Shown here piece after piece: positions 47,608 through 58,988 of a stretch of DNA of 64,000 nucleotides. Source of the stretch: Asterionella formosa (Eukaryota); contig NKIB01012750.1 of NCBI GenBank assembly GCA_002256025.1, positions 1-64,000 on the forward strand, written 5' to 3'. Position numbers and translations under genes: made by a program. Position 1 is the stretch's first letter. Every line of letters starts with the position of its first letter. Under the pieces are notes generated by a model that ran no database searches, was not told the DNA's origin, and worked only from the letters and a program-made list of their open reading frames with translations.

Positions 47608-48711
47608 CTACCAGGTAGACTACCAGTTCTACAGGTCCCAGGGGGATATAGCAATAAGCAACCTTTGCACATTTTATGTGCACTTATTCTGTGCACTCAA
47701 TCATTTCGACTTACTCCCAATGACTCGTCTTATGCCTACTGGACAAGAGAGGCTGGCTTTCCATTCCAAACTCTCTTAAGTAAATCTCTATAATGTCAAA
47801 TTTTCAATCAATAAATCCAAGTCGTGCTCTGATCTTCGAAATCGTGTTCACCTACTACTACTGATAATGGTATTCAGCAACTGAAAGCCGGTTTCTTACT
47901 AGTAATGGAATTCACCAATCAGTAATTTCTAGTCGTATGTAGTCACCAACTGGATCAGTAATCATAAGCAAAATAGTCGTTTTGAAAATGTCAATGAACT
48001 ATGATTAATTGATATGATTATATATAGAGAGTTGAACAAAATTTGGTTCGAACTACAGATTGTCTTACCAGGTAGTGTAGAGTGTTGCATGCTGTGAAAG
48101 GGTTAAATCTCGTCCTAACTTCGTCGTTTTGAATTTTGTATTGTCAAAAAGTAAATGAATAAATGCGCCATCGGCGCCTTCAATTTTCGTTGTCAATATT
48201 AATGTTATTAAAGTTATTATTTTACAATTTTATCATCTATTTAGTGTTAAATATATGTACTACTACCCAATAGCAAAGCATCTTTCTCATTTTTCGTGGA
48301 GAAATTCGCTAATTCCATCATGGTCCAGGTGGGGGCGGCATGATGCAGAATTCTCCAGCCGCTCACAAGAACTACACTGTAGCGTTATAAATATATAAAC
48401 AAATCGCAACATCTAAGCTATTTAATTATATACTACTAGCGTCTACAAGGGATACCTCGGGTACCCTGAAAATACATATCCCATGTGCGTAGCCATAATA
48501 TATGTGATATCATGTGATATGTATGATATTGCAAATATAGTGGTACCCTGGTAGGCTGTTGCATCAGGCGTGATAATGACTGTGACCATGTATGTAATAA
48601 TACGTCACATATGTTCATAGTATTGGCAAGAAGGCTATCAAGGGGTAGTGTTTGTGTCTGTTCATGTATATATTTCATAGGTATGAGGGTCATTCAGAAA
48701 TCTACGTATAC

Positions 48712-49084
48712 ACAGCCAAGTTCTATTCGTTGTCAGCAAATTCTATTCGTTGTCAGCAAACTCTAATCGTTTTCAGCAAATTCTAGTTATCTTCAGCAAG
48801 TTCTAAAATCAGATAGAGATGATCTCAATTTTTATGCCAAAGCAACAAGAAGATGATAGTTTGCTGAACAGGAGGTTCATCAGTCAGCAAATCCGAGTCG
48901 TGTTCAGAGACTGATTCTGCAAATCGTCATCGGTCAATACGAGAAACATTTTCCTAAATTCCTGAAGGGTCATTTTTTCATCGAAAGCTGGCTTATCTTG
49001 TCTGGCAGGCATGAGACAAATCATTGGGAGTGGGTCGAAACTGGAAAGGGGTCCATAAAATGTGCGCTACCAGGCGGACCTTCC
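48712..49084 (+). repeat. Dispersed repeat family with TCAGCAAA subrepeats (copy 3)
   Basis: 20-bp tandem units TTCTATTCGTTGTCAGCAAA, then a block shared with 39780-40000 (AAGCTGG..CAGGCATGAGACAA..CATTGGGAGTG.GTCGAAACTG..GACCTTCC). Confidence 0.8.
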
Positions 49085-49989
49085 AGGTACCTGCAATTTG
49101 CTTGTGGTAATTGTGCTAACACTAAAACTTTGCTTTCTTTATCCTATAGATTAAATTGTTAATCTAAGGTTCCTGTATTTGAACCGCCAGGCAAAAATTA
49201 AAATATTGCTTAGGGTTGCCGAAATTCCCTGGAACTATGAACTTCTATGAACTAATTTTGAAAATCGATGATTCCGTTTGAAATATTTAATTCAGTGGAA
49301 ATTTGGCTGCGCGTGTGTGTATACAAAGGTTAATATAAAGATTCTTCATCGCTGTTTGTACATATAGCTACACTACCGTAGTACACTCAGTTCAACAAAT
49401 ATGTGTCGTATGTGCGACCAAGCGTCTCGGAAAATATTTGAAAGTGCATTCTAGAAATGTACAGGTGCGCATACACCACTATGACCAGCCAATGATGATC
49501 AGCTACCGGTACCAGGGTCCGGCTCAATTGCCCTCTTGTGCGAAATCACATAAGCTACAGATCCATGTATAATATAAATTTAGTAAATTTCAAATTGGCA
49601 ACTACGTTTTTGGGCTGTTTCGATTTTCACTTATGGCTAGCTATCTGGAGCAAAATGCAGGTGCAAGAGGACCCATTTATTTCGAACCATCCATTCTCAA
49701 CATACTTACGAAGTACGATATGACAGTAGTCAATGGCAGCTTGCGTGGAATGCGAAACCCTGAAAGTGGCGATGATGGGAAGGAAGAAAACGACGGTATG
49801 CTCGTTTTGAAGATTGTAACCGTTAAATATCCAGAGGTGTGGATAATGTAATTGCAACAACCGCAGAAAGTATACCAAATGACAGTTATAAATCGGCATT
49901 TGGCGATTTTAATCATGTATGCTAAATTGGTTTCGAATAATTTATTTACACGCTATTAATTTAATTACAGGAACTGAGTGTATGTTCGC

Positions 49990-50153
49990 GACGCATTTTT
50001 TTCGAGTAAACCAATCTTCACGTAAAAAGATGGTAAGTTGGCTGCGTAATCCTTCATATGCCAACAGTTAAGACGCTTTTTTTCGAGTAAGCCAATCTAC
50101 ACGTCGAGAGATGGTAAGTTGGCTACGTAATCCTTCATATGTGAACTGTAAAG
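49990..50153. repeat. 82-bp tandem duplication
   Basis: GACGC-T-run-CGAGTAA.CCAATC...GATGGTAAGTTGGCT.CGTAATCCTTCATATG at 49990 and 50072. Confidence 0.9.
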
Positions 50154-51028
50154 ATGCTAGTGGTGCCGGAAATTGGACGCAATTATTTTCAACGAGAGGG
50201 AGTACCACAAGATACTACTCTGTACCAGGAACCAGGTTGTGGATATCGCATCGGCCAACATCCAAGAAATTGTTGCATGTTTATCCATTTTGGCGGGCGT
50301 GGGATTGCAACACCTAATAAACCAGGCCAATCAAATGGATGTAAGTATAACCAATCAGAATATGAATAATGCAGCTTTTTGTGCAGCAGATTCTAGGACT
50401 AAAATTTTTAGAACAAGACTACCATTCCGATGATGATATTTGTTCGGCAATTAGCGATTCTGATTCCAATATTTTGGTGACTGTAGAAAAGGCCGATTTC
50501 GTCGATGTTTTGGACGACAATAGCTCAATGTTGGCTGTTTCTGAAGGCGATTTCAATACATATGTAACCTTCAAATAGCAACAGTATACATCTTCCAGAA
50601 AGAAACTACAAAAAGGAACTTCGGTATTTTTACTATACCAAATAAACAGATTTCCCCCAAATTTTCTAGTCTTTTTAAGCAAAGTCAACAAATCGAAATT
50701 CCTTTCTGCAGCGTCTCGCCAGATCCTATATCCTGACGATATAAACCATGTACCGGTATGCCTGTAACTTCCTTTTTGTAACAGGTGTACTCCCAGGCAA
50801 GACACCACCTCGGGAGTGGCTTGCTTTCACCGAACAAGCTCCTGGTTGCATATGTTTTACTGCATACCGGTACCATAACTTATTCTAACAAACCAATCAT
50901 GAAAGCGACCTGAATCGGCACTAGCTCTATTCGTCACTCACTTTTCAGCGGCATTCCATCGCTTCGATTTTCCATCAACACCCAGAATAGACAAGGGAAA
51001 ACTCGAATTTAGTATCGACGGATCCAGA

Positions 51029-52220
51029 ATGAGCTTCATCGGGTTTCTCCTCGTTATTCTCTCCTGCACAGAAGCTCGAAACTGGTCGACGGACGCTGCC
51101 TTTGATCTTCACGGTTTTGAAAATAAGGCGGGGGCCTACAACGGCAATGCCGCTCGAATTGTGGGTGGTAATATAGTCAAGAATACGACCAGATTCCCAT
51201 ATTTTTGCGCTCTCTACTTAGTCAATTCGTGGTCTGGCAACCCCTTTTCGTACTGCGGTGCGTCGCTGATTCGAAAAGATTGTGTTGTCACAGCTGGTAA
51301 GTGGACGACGAGAGTCAAGTTGCTTGGTGCGTGAACATTATAAATTATAACCCCTCCGAATAACTGGGGTACAAATAGCGCATTGCATTGTTATTGATGG
51401 TAAATTTTTGATTCCACGAGTTTTCGTAAACTTCACTGGCTTGGGCGCTGTGAACTTTAGTCAAACCAGAGGCGTTTCTAAAGTTTTTGTACACCCAGAG
51501 TTTGATGACAATACAGCTGTCAACGACATTGCTCTCTTGTTCTTAGATTCACCTGTCTCGGGGATAACTCCAATAGCCCTCAACGATGATTCGTCGATCC
51601 CTCTTGCCGGCCAAATCGTACGATTGATCGGAGCTGGCGATACCACAAAAAACGAATCTTGGTCTAACACTACAAGCAAGGAGCTTTGGGAAATAGATCT
51701 ACCAGTAGTGAACATAGATCAATGCGCTGCCAGTTACCATGATGAAGAATTTGATATCAATTCGACATCCTGGCTTTGTGCTGGAAATGGATCACGCGGT
51801 ATTTGTTTCCGGGACTCTGGTGCGTGATTTACATCTGTTTCAACTTAATAATGTCAATAATATGAATCAGCTCATGTGATACTTTCATCAATGCTACACA
51901 CTACAGGTGGACCATATTTTGTCATGGGTACTTCTCCAGCAGATGATATATTGGTTGGGATCGCTTCCCTTGGATCTTCCTGTGAAAATAACACTGTCCC
52001 AGATGCTGCCACTAGAATCAGTGCATTTCAAGGCTGGATTTTGTGTGTGTGGGATGGAGTATGCACAGAGAGCTTATCTCCCACATCTCGTAGTTCCTCG
52101 CCCCCAACTGTTGCCCCTACCACAACAACAAGCAACACCATGATGACATCATTTCAACTCTGTAGTTCGTCCGTGCTGTTTGTGTACCTAGTGCCGCTAC
52201 TCCTTGCTGCCTTCCACTAG
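51029..52220 (+). CDS. Secreted S1 serine protease paralog with GPI-like tail; exons 51029-51296, 51379-51819, 51907-52220
   Basis: Signal peptide, R|IVGG, CGASLI, TA|AHC, VNDIALL and CFRDS|GGP. Same two intron positions as the 42585-44946 paralog; S/T-rich stalk and hydrophobic end. Confidence 0.9.
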
Positions 52221-53236
52221 CCTTAACGGCATTCACCATATATAGGAGATCCCGGGTATGAATACATGTACCACATTAATGCTCAGAAATAGAATAAATG
52301 CTCGCTGTTCGTTTGGTTGAAAAATAGTTGACACTTTGTCTAGCCCAGTAAATTGTAAGCAATGCACTAAAATTGCGAGAAATGGGACCGTTGCACCAAT
52401 TGTCACAAGCAGGGGAGGGAGGGGGGGGTACCAGTACTGTAGGTGATGACAGAAAATTGATGATATGGAGATTTTGAACAAAAACTATTTAATAATAATG
52501 CAGTCCGTATTATTTAGTGCGACGCCAGACGATAGTAACATTGATTCTAGCTACCGGTATCCAGAACGCGAACTTTGATATCGGTAGGATGGACCTGTAT
52601 GATAATTTAGGCTGTTGAAACATCATACGAAGGAGGGAATACCGCTACCGGTATTATATTTCATACTATGTACCAGTGACAAACGAATGCTCCAATAACA
52701 TCGATGCATATAAGGTATCCAAAACCTTAGTATCAATAATCACTCGTACTGTACCCTACACTTAAGAAACACCACTACCGGTACCGGTAGATAAAATTCT
52801 ACCGGCATCATATTCTGAAGGAGTATATGCACCGGTACATGCACATACCGGTAATAAGATAGAGCGTGATTTTTGTTTCCTGCCTCCTTTCTTCGTTTTT
52901 GCCATTATTTTGCACTCCTTGCTTTGTCCTAATTGCATGATATGAGGTACTCCCTCCCTCTGGCTGGGGGAAAACAATTACCAGTACGTCAAATCAGGTC
53001 CCAGGTACCTGCACCGGTCGCATCTTCTGTCAGCATTCGGGCGCTCCATGTGTACCTGGTACGTATAGCTACATGCAGCAAGGAGAGAACGAAAGTAACA
53101 GTAATATAATTAAGACATATATAAATATTATCACATACGGTATATTGGTACAGCGATGGTCTACGTATGATAGCTAAGCAAATATCAACGTTTGAAGCAA
53201 AACCACCCGCCATGCGCGAAGCACTGTAAATATGTA

Positions 53237-53270
53237 GTACCTGGTACCTGGTACCTGGTACCTGGTACCA
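53237..53270. promoter_or_regulatory. (GTACCTG)n heptamer array upstream of insulysin; representative of a motif upstream of most genes
   Basis: GTACCTGGTACCTGGTACCTGGTACCTGGTACCA lies ~160 bp before ATG 53430. The regulatory role is inferred only from positional recurrence. Confidence 0.4.
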
Positions 53271-53429
53271 AGGAGTTACTCGGAGTAGCTAACAGGAATC
53301 ATCTTTTTCCATCCTTTGGCTTCTAAATAATATTTTTTAAGTTTCAATCGCTGATGAATAGATAGAACGGAGTACGGACCATTGTACAACGCAGCGCCAG
53401 CACACATGAGCCACTGAAATCCAATCACC

Positions 53430-56330
53430 ATGGCGACCAACGCAACTACAAACTCAATCGAACGGTCCCTCAAGGACGAGCGGATCTACCACTCGTTCAC
53501 CTTGCCCAATAAACTCACATGTCTTGTTATTAGTGATCCCACTACGGACAAGGCCAGCGCGGCATTGGACATCAACGTCGGTCAGTATTCCGATACCATT
53601 CATGGCATCGCGCATTTCCTGGAACACATGCTGTTCATGGGAACAAGTAAATATCCAGACGAGAACGACTATAACAAGTACCTTAATTCCCACGGTGGAA
53701 ATTCTAATGCTTACACGGACTTGGAGCATACCAATTATTACCTGGACGTGTCGGCGGATCAGTTGGAGGGCGCGTTGGATCGATTTGCACAGTTCTTTGT
53801 TGCTCCGTTACTAAAGGAAGACTCGGTTGATCGAGAAAGACAGGCAGTCGACAGTGAACACGCCAAAAACTTGCAAACGGACTATTGGCGCTCTTTCCAA
53901 CTTGTCAAGAGCCAGAGCCGTCCAGATCATCCTTACTGCAAGTTTGGGTCCGGCAATACCGCCACACTGGCAGTTGAGGGGATCCGGGATCAAGTGCATG
54001 GGTTTTATGATGCGCAATATTCTGCCAATCGCATGATGTTGGTAGTTTATGGAAAAGAAGATAGTGCGCAGCTCCAATCGTGGGTGGAAACCTACTTTAC
54101 GGACGTGCCCAACAAAGACTACCCAGTCGATATCTTCCCTGGTGAACCCTTTCGAGGCACCCTGCCCAAACTACTTTCTGTGGTTCCCGTACGGTCTAGT
54201 ATATCCTTGGAGCTCTTGTTTCCCATGTGTGAAGTGGATTCCATGTACCTGTCCAAGCCCACACGATACCTTGCTCATTTATTGGGCCACGAAGGCACTG
54301 GATCTATTTTGTCACTCCTCAAGGAACGTCATTGGGCGCATGATTTGTCGGCAGGTGAATCGCGATCATGTAGCGATTGGTCACAGTTTAGCATTTCCGT
54401 CACCCTCACAGAATCTGGACTTGTTGCTAAGGAACAAGTTATGGAGTGTATCTTCGCGTATTTGAATCTCCTTCGAGAGGTTGGACCACAGGAATGGATT
54501 CATCACGAAACTGCAACCATTGCAGATATTACCTTTCAATTTTTGTCGAAAAGTGATCCAATGGATTACACGTCCGCTTTGGCGTGCAAGATGCATCAAT
54601 TCCCAACGGAACATGTACTGTCTGGATCGTATCGCATTTATGAATACAATGCAGCAAATATTACCAAATGTTTGTCATATTTGCGACCTGACAATGTCAT
54701 AATTTTGGTGTCAGCAAAAGAAATTGAGGGTACTACTGACCATGTCGAGCAATGGTATGGGACTGAGTATAGTGATCAGGCTCTGGACGACACATTGGTA
54801 GGGAAATTGACTGTCGCCAACGTGGAAAGCGACTGGATGACACCCAAAATGAAACTTCCAGAACAAAATGACATGATTCCTACGATGTTTGAGGTTTATA
54901 CAAATGATGCCCTTCCCAAAGATCATCCCACGCTCCTCATGGATGCTCCCACCTGTCGCTTGTGGTATAAGCCGGACAATGTATTTTCCATGCCCAAAGT
55001 GAATTTCTTGGGAACACTCCGATCCCCCGTGGCATATGAGTCTCCTCTAGGGACAGTGCTAACCTCGCTGGTTTGTAACATTCTCACAGAACATTGTAAT
55101 GAATTCACCTACTTGGCCAGCATGGCTGGATTGCACTCCTATTTCTCTGCCACCAGAACAGGAATTGAACTGCACATGTCGGGATATTCTCACAAGATGG
55201 ATAGACTCTTAGCTCGATTGTTGCTCACCATGAAGGATATGACCACTACATTGACACAAGATCTGTTGGATCGACTGTCGGACAAGATGAAACGTCAATT
55301 GGATAACTTTGCTGTTTCGCCACCCTATCAACATGCAATGTATGGTGCTGATTTAGTGCTGTTAGAAACAAAATGGACGACGGAACAAAAGGTGGAAGCC
55401 CTCGCTTCTGTCTCGAAATCACAACTGGAAGAATTTTACAATCGATTCTTGGGACGATTTCATTTGGAAGCGCTGGTGCACGGGAATGTCACCCCCGAAC
55501 AGGCCAAATCGCTTACCATGTCCTTGTTGGATTCCTTGGCACCGTCAGTTCCGTTTGCCGTACCTGAACAGCGTGTCGTTCAATTAACTCAAGGTCGTGA
55601 GCATGTTTATCGATTCGAAGAATTCAATCCCGAAAATACAAACTCTTGCTTGGAGGTCATTTACCAAATGGGACCATTGGCCTTGGTAGACAATGCTCTC
55701 TTGGCTTTAGTCCATCATCTCATTAAGGAACCTGCCTTCAATGAATTGCGTACCGAAGAGCAGCTCGGATATTTAGTCCATACTAGTATTTCTACCAGTG
55801 GCGATGACATCAAAGGCCTTCTCGTGATGATTCAATCGGATGCATTCGACCCCTTGCATTTGGATAAGCGCGTGGAAGCATTTCTGGAACGCTTTCGCAC
55901 CACTCTGGTGCACATGACTATTGATGACTTTAAGACAAATGTTGACGCTGTGGTGAAGAATTTCTTGGAACAGAATAAGAATTTGGGAGAAGAATCGACG
56001 CGGTACTGGGATGCCATTACGAAGCGAAACTACATGTTTCATAAATACCAACGCATTGCAGAGTATGTCAAGGTCGCAACAAAGAATCAAGTGCTCATCT
56101 TTTTGGACCGTTACGTGTGTAAGGGGTCTCCGCATAGGAACAAACTGTCTATTCAAGTGTTTTCCAAAGCGCATGTTGACCAAATGGACGAAACCGTGGA
56201 GGAGGATGTGACTCTAATCAAAGACACGGTGGAGTTCAAGCGTGGTCTACCCCTGTTTCCATTGCCGGCGACTGTGGCGGTGCAGGACTTCTGCACGACA
56301 AAGTTCACGGACAATGCCAGAACCAAATAA
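53430..56330 (+). CDS. IDE: Insulysin / insulin-degrading enzyme (peptidase M16A)
   Basis: 966 aa; inverted zinc motif AHFLEHMLFMGTSKYP, GGNSNAYT, RERQAVDSEHAKN, HLLGHEGTGS and FNELRTEEQLGY. Confidence 0.96.
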   Translation: MATNATTNSIERSLKDERIYHSFTLPNKLTCLVISDPTTDKASAALDINVGQYSDTIHGIAHFLEHMLFMGTSKYPDENDYNKYLNSHGGNSNAYTDLEHTNYYLDVSADQLEGALDRFAQFFVAPLLKEDSVDRERQAVDSEHAKNLQTDYWRSFQLVKSQSRPDHPYCKFGSGNTATLAVEGIRDQVHGFYDAQYSANRMMLVVYGKEDSAQLQSWVETYFTDVPNKDYPVDIFPGEPFRGTLPKLLSVVPVRSSISLELLFPMCEVDSMYLSKPTRYLAHLLGHEGTGSILSLLKERHWAHDLSAGESRSCSDWSQFSISVTLTESGLVAKEQVMECIFAYLNLLREVGPQEWIHHETATIADITFQFLSKSDPMDYTSALACKMHQFPTEHVLSGSYRIYEYNAANITKCLSYLRPDNVIILVSAKEIEGTTDHVEQWYGTEYSDQALDDTLVGKLTVANVESDWMTPKMKLPEQNDMIPTMFEVYTNDALPKDHPTLLMDAPTCRLWYKPDNVFSMPKVNFLGTLRSPVAYESPLGTVLTSLVCNILTEHCNEFTYLASMAGLHSYFSATRTGIELHMSGYSHKMDRLLARLLLTMKDMTTTLTQDLLDRLSDKMKRQLDNFAVSPPYQHAMYGADLVLLETKWTTEQKVEALASVSKSQLEEFYNRFLGRFHLEALVHGNVTPEQAKSLTMSLLDSLAPSVPFAVPEQRVVQLTQGREHVYRFEEFNPENTNSCLEVIYQMGPLALVDNALLALVHHLIKEPAFNELRTEEQLGYLVHTSISTSGDDIKGLLVMIQSDAFDPLHLDKRVEAFLERFRTTLVHMTIDDFKTNVDAVVKNFLEQNKNLGEESTRYWDAITKRNYMFHKYQRIAEYVKVATKNQVLIFLDRYVCKGSPHRNKLSIQVFSKAHVDQMDETVEEDVTLIKDTVEFKRGLPLFPLPATVAVQDFCTTKFTDNARTK

Positions 56331-56494
56331 ACAAAAATTAATTCTGTTTCAATTCACTTGTTTACAACTTCTGGTATAGATACCATTCCCTTGAGCATTT
56401 TTGCATTTGCTGGTTTCCTTTAGATCTCAGACTGTCATTCTGGTTGATTCACAACAAAAAATCCTACATAGTATATATATATACATAGCACATA

Positions 56495-56785
56495 GGGGGA
56501 ATGGCTTCGTGGTTAAGCACCACATTGCCTTTGATCTGAGGTTTTGTGGTTGGATTTCTTCAATTTTTTTGAGAAGCAGTTGTTGGGTTCAACTCCCACA
56601 CTCCTTACCATCCTGAACAGTCTTGCCTGGTGTGCAAGAAATAGTGGGTCAACCCCTACAAGCAGCTTGTGCCACCTTCCTAGGTGGTCAGAGTTTCCCC
56701 CTATACCATGGCTAAGACAATCACGGTTGGGGACTCACCTACACTAACAAAACTAGGGAAGCACAGGTCTTATTGGCAGGTAGCA
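56495..56785 (+). mobile_element. tRNA-headed SINE-like element (head 56495-56610, body 56611-56785)
   Basis: GGGGGAATGGCTTCGTGGTTAAG (A-box-like) ... GGGTTCAACTCCCACACTCCTTACCA (B-box-like). The head recurs at 60577-60695 (-) and the body at 15671-15875 (-). Confidence 0.65.
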
Positions 56786-57072
56786 CAATGAAGTACTTGC
56801 CTAGAAATAGGGAAGTACAATGAGCTATAAAACAAATCAAAATTTTATTTTTTATTTAGCACAGAGGTAGGTACCAGTATATATTGGAATTATGGATTCT
56901 GATCCAGCCAATCATAGTCAAACAAGTGATGTGGTTGGCTAATATAAATATCCATCACAATCCAATTCATAGAACCTACCACATCACATTTCTACAACGA
57001 AACATGATACCAGGGCTAAAAGTTCGAAAAATATTATTGTTGTTACTTTGCGATTTTCAACTTCTTCATATT

Positions 57073-57159
57073 TCAGCCAATCTTGGCCACATTTCAGATC
57101 TAAGCTCACCGTATTTTTATTAGCTTAGCTAAGTCTAAAATGTGGCCAAGATTGGCTGA
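57073..57159. repeat. Inverted repeat with perfect 22-bp arms
   Basis: TCAGCCAATCTTGGCCACATTT (57073-57094) and AAATGTGGCCAAGATTGGCTGA (57138-57159). Confidence 0.92.
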
Positions 57160-57608
57160 CAAATAAAAGAAATCATTTCCGATCAACCTCTCATTTCCTT
57201 TTTCTTGTTGATTGCAGTGACAAAACGAAATTAATTTAGCTTTAAACAATGCAAATTGCCCTTTTAATCACATCTAATTTGTAGCACAACATCATGTTGC
57301 ATTTGATAATAATTGGGTTTCTATGTATGAAATACTGATCACATTTAAAGTACAATACGAAATCCTGCGTTTGGGTAACTTTGGAAAAAAGTGACCTAAA
57401 CATAATGTGTTTTGGTAACTTATTGGCATATGGGCACGGAATCCTTTAAAGCAAACGCGTTTGCGTGCCGTCGGGTTTTTCACTCCCGTTTGCACGGTTT
57501 TTTAGGGTTCCCAAAACTAAACACTGTTTAGTTTTGGTCCACCGTTAGCAACGTTCTTACATACGGTAATTGGAGTGCGAACTGAATTACAGAAACCTGG
57601 TTCAGGTA

Positions 57609-58099
57609 CGTGGGAGGTACGGGAAAATCCGTACTTCCTCGGTATGTGGAGAATTCCTTATGTATGTATGGTGCACAGACCTCGCTGTTTATTTACCAAA
57701 CATAATGCAAATTCAAGTCGTGCGTTCTTTTGCGAAGTTCGCGTACTCCGCCTTCTAGAAAAGTACGCGCGACTATCATTTCTTCAAAATTTGAGCTCTC
57801 AAAAGGCATTAAACATCCAGGGGGAATATTTACATTTCTTCCAATAGATGGCAAGAAATCGTATACCTGGTAGTATCACACTCAGAGAGTTCGAACGAAA
57901 AGACCTTGAAAGACCGCAATAAAACGTGAAGTTCGCAAAAGAACGAAAAATCCGGATATATATGACGTTTCTTCGGTCTTTTGCGAGCGTCGCGTTCTTT
58001 TTCTTTTGTTTCGGATAACGTGATACGAGGTCGATTTTGGATGAAACACAGTTTTTGCACGTGACTTTTTGTACTTGAGAGTTTCCGTCAACTCCCTCG
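57609..58099 (+). mobile_element. MITE, probably Tc1/mariner-derived (better preserved copy)
   Basis: TA|CGTGGGAGGTACGGGAAAA ... GTTTCCGTCAACTCCCTCG|CA; colinear with 16812-17251. Confidence 0.72.
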
Positions 58100-58988
58100 C
58101 ATACACCTGGTACCTGGTACTCTCTTGTACCTGCTAGTAATTCTCGCCAATACAGAACACATGGATTGTACCGGTATACTGGTAAAAGCTTGACACCCCT
58201 GTCCCGACCATCGTACATACCGGAATACTCATTATACGCACATCCTGGACGACAAGAATGTGATAATTTTGTTGGTTCACATCGACTACCGGTACATGCA
58301 TACCGTTGCGATTACCAGGTACCTGTGCCACGTGGGGTGTACTCCGAGTGTTCTAGTAACAGCGAATGCATAAAGAAATAGCACCACATGCATATGGAAG
58401 CAGTACGCTCAAATGTACTTGCCTGTTCAAATAGCCTACAGTACCTGGTACCTGGTACCCATACGACATCAGATTCTAATGTATGGTACCAGGGTACCTG
58501 GTGCCAGGTACCAGGTACCGTACCGCTAGTCATGATCACTCCGTATTGTGTGCAGCTGATTTTGTACCAGGCACCTGAGGAGTATACATAGCTGCTACCG
58601 GTATTCAAAATTACGTTGAAAATTCCAATCATTTACGTCGGGTTCCTGCTGTCGTGTCGTGTCCTGGTTTTGAAGGACAACGGTTAGGCATGAAATAAAA
58701 ATATAAGAACGAATTAATTCTGAAAATTCTACACACGTTGTACCTGTACGTATGTATAACATATATTTTATTCATTATACCCGAATATATTTTTTCATGG
58801 GGGGCTGCTTTTTTCGTTTTTAATTTGCTCATATGTAATCACCTCACTCGTCAGGCAGTGTGGTTCCATCGCATTTGTCACTTCCATGAGTGTTTTGTTA
58901 ATCATTACCTAGCAACTTTGGTTCCATACATCCATCTCTCTATTTTACCCAACACACATCACATCACGCAACTCCACGTAACGCAAGA

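Noticed and set aside
49633..50808. Cluster of short ORFs upstream of the second protease
   Set aside because: No recognisable motifs, and interrupted by an 82-bp duplication; a gene call cannot be supported.
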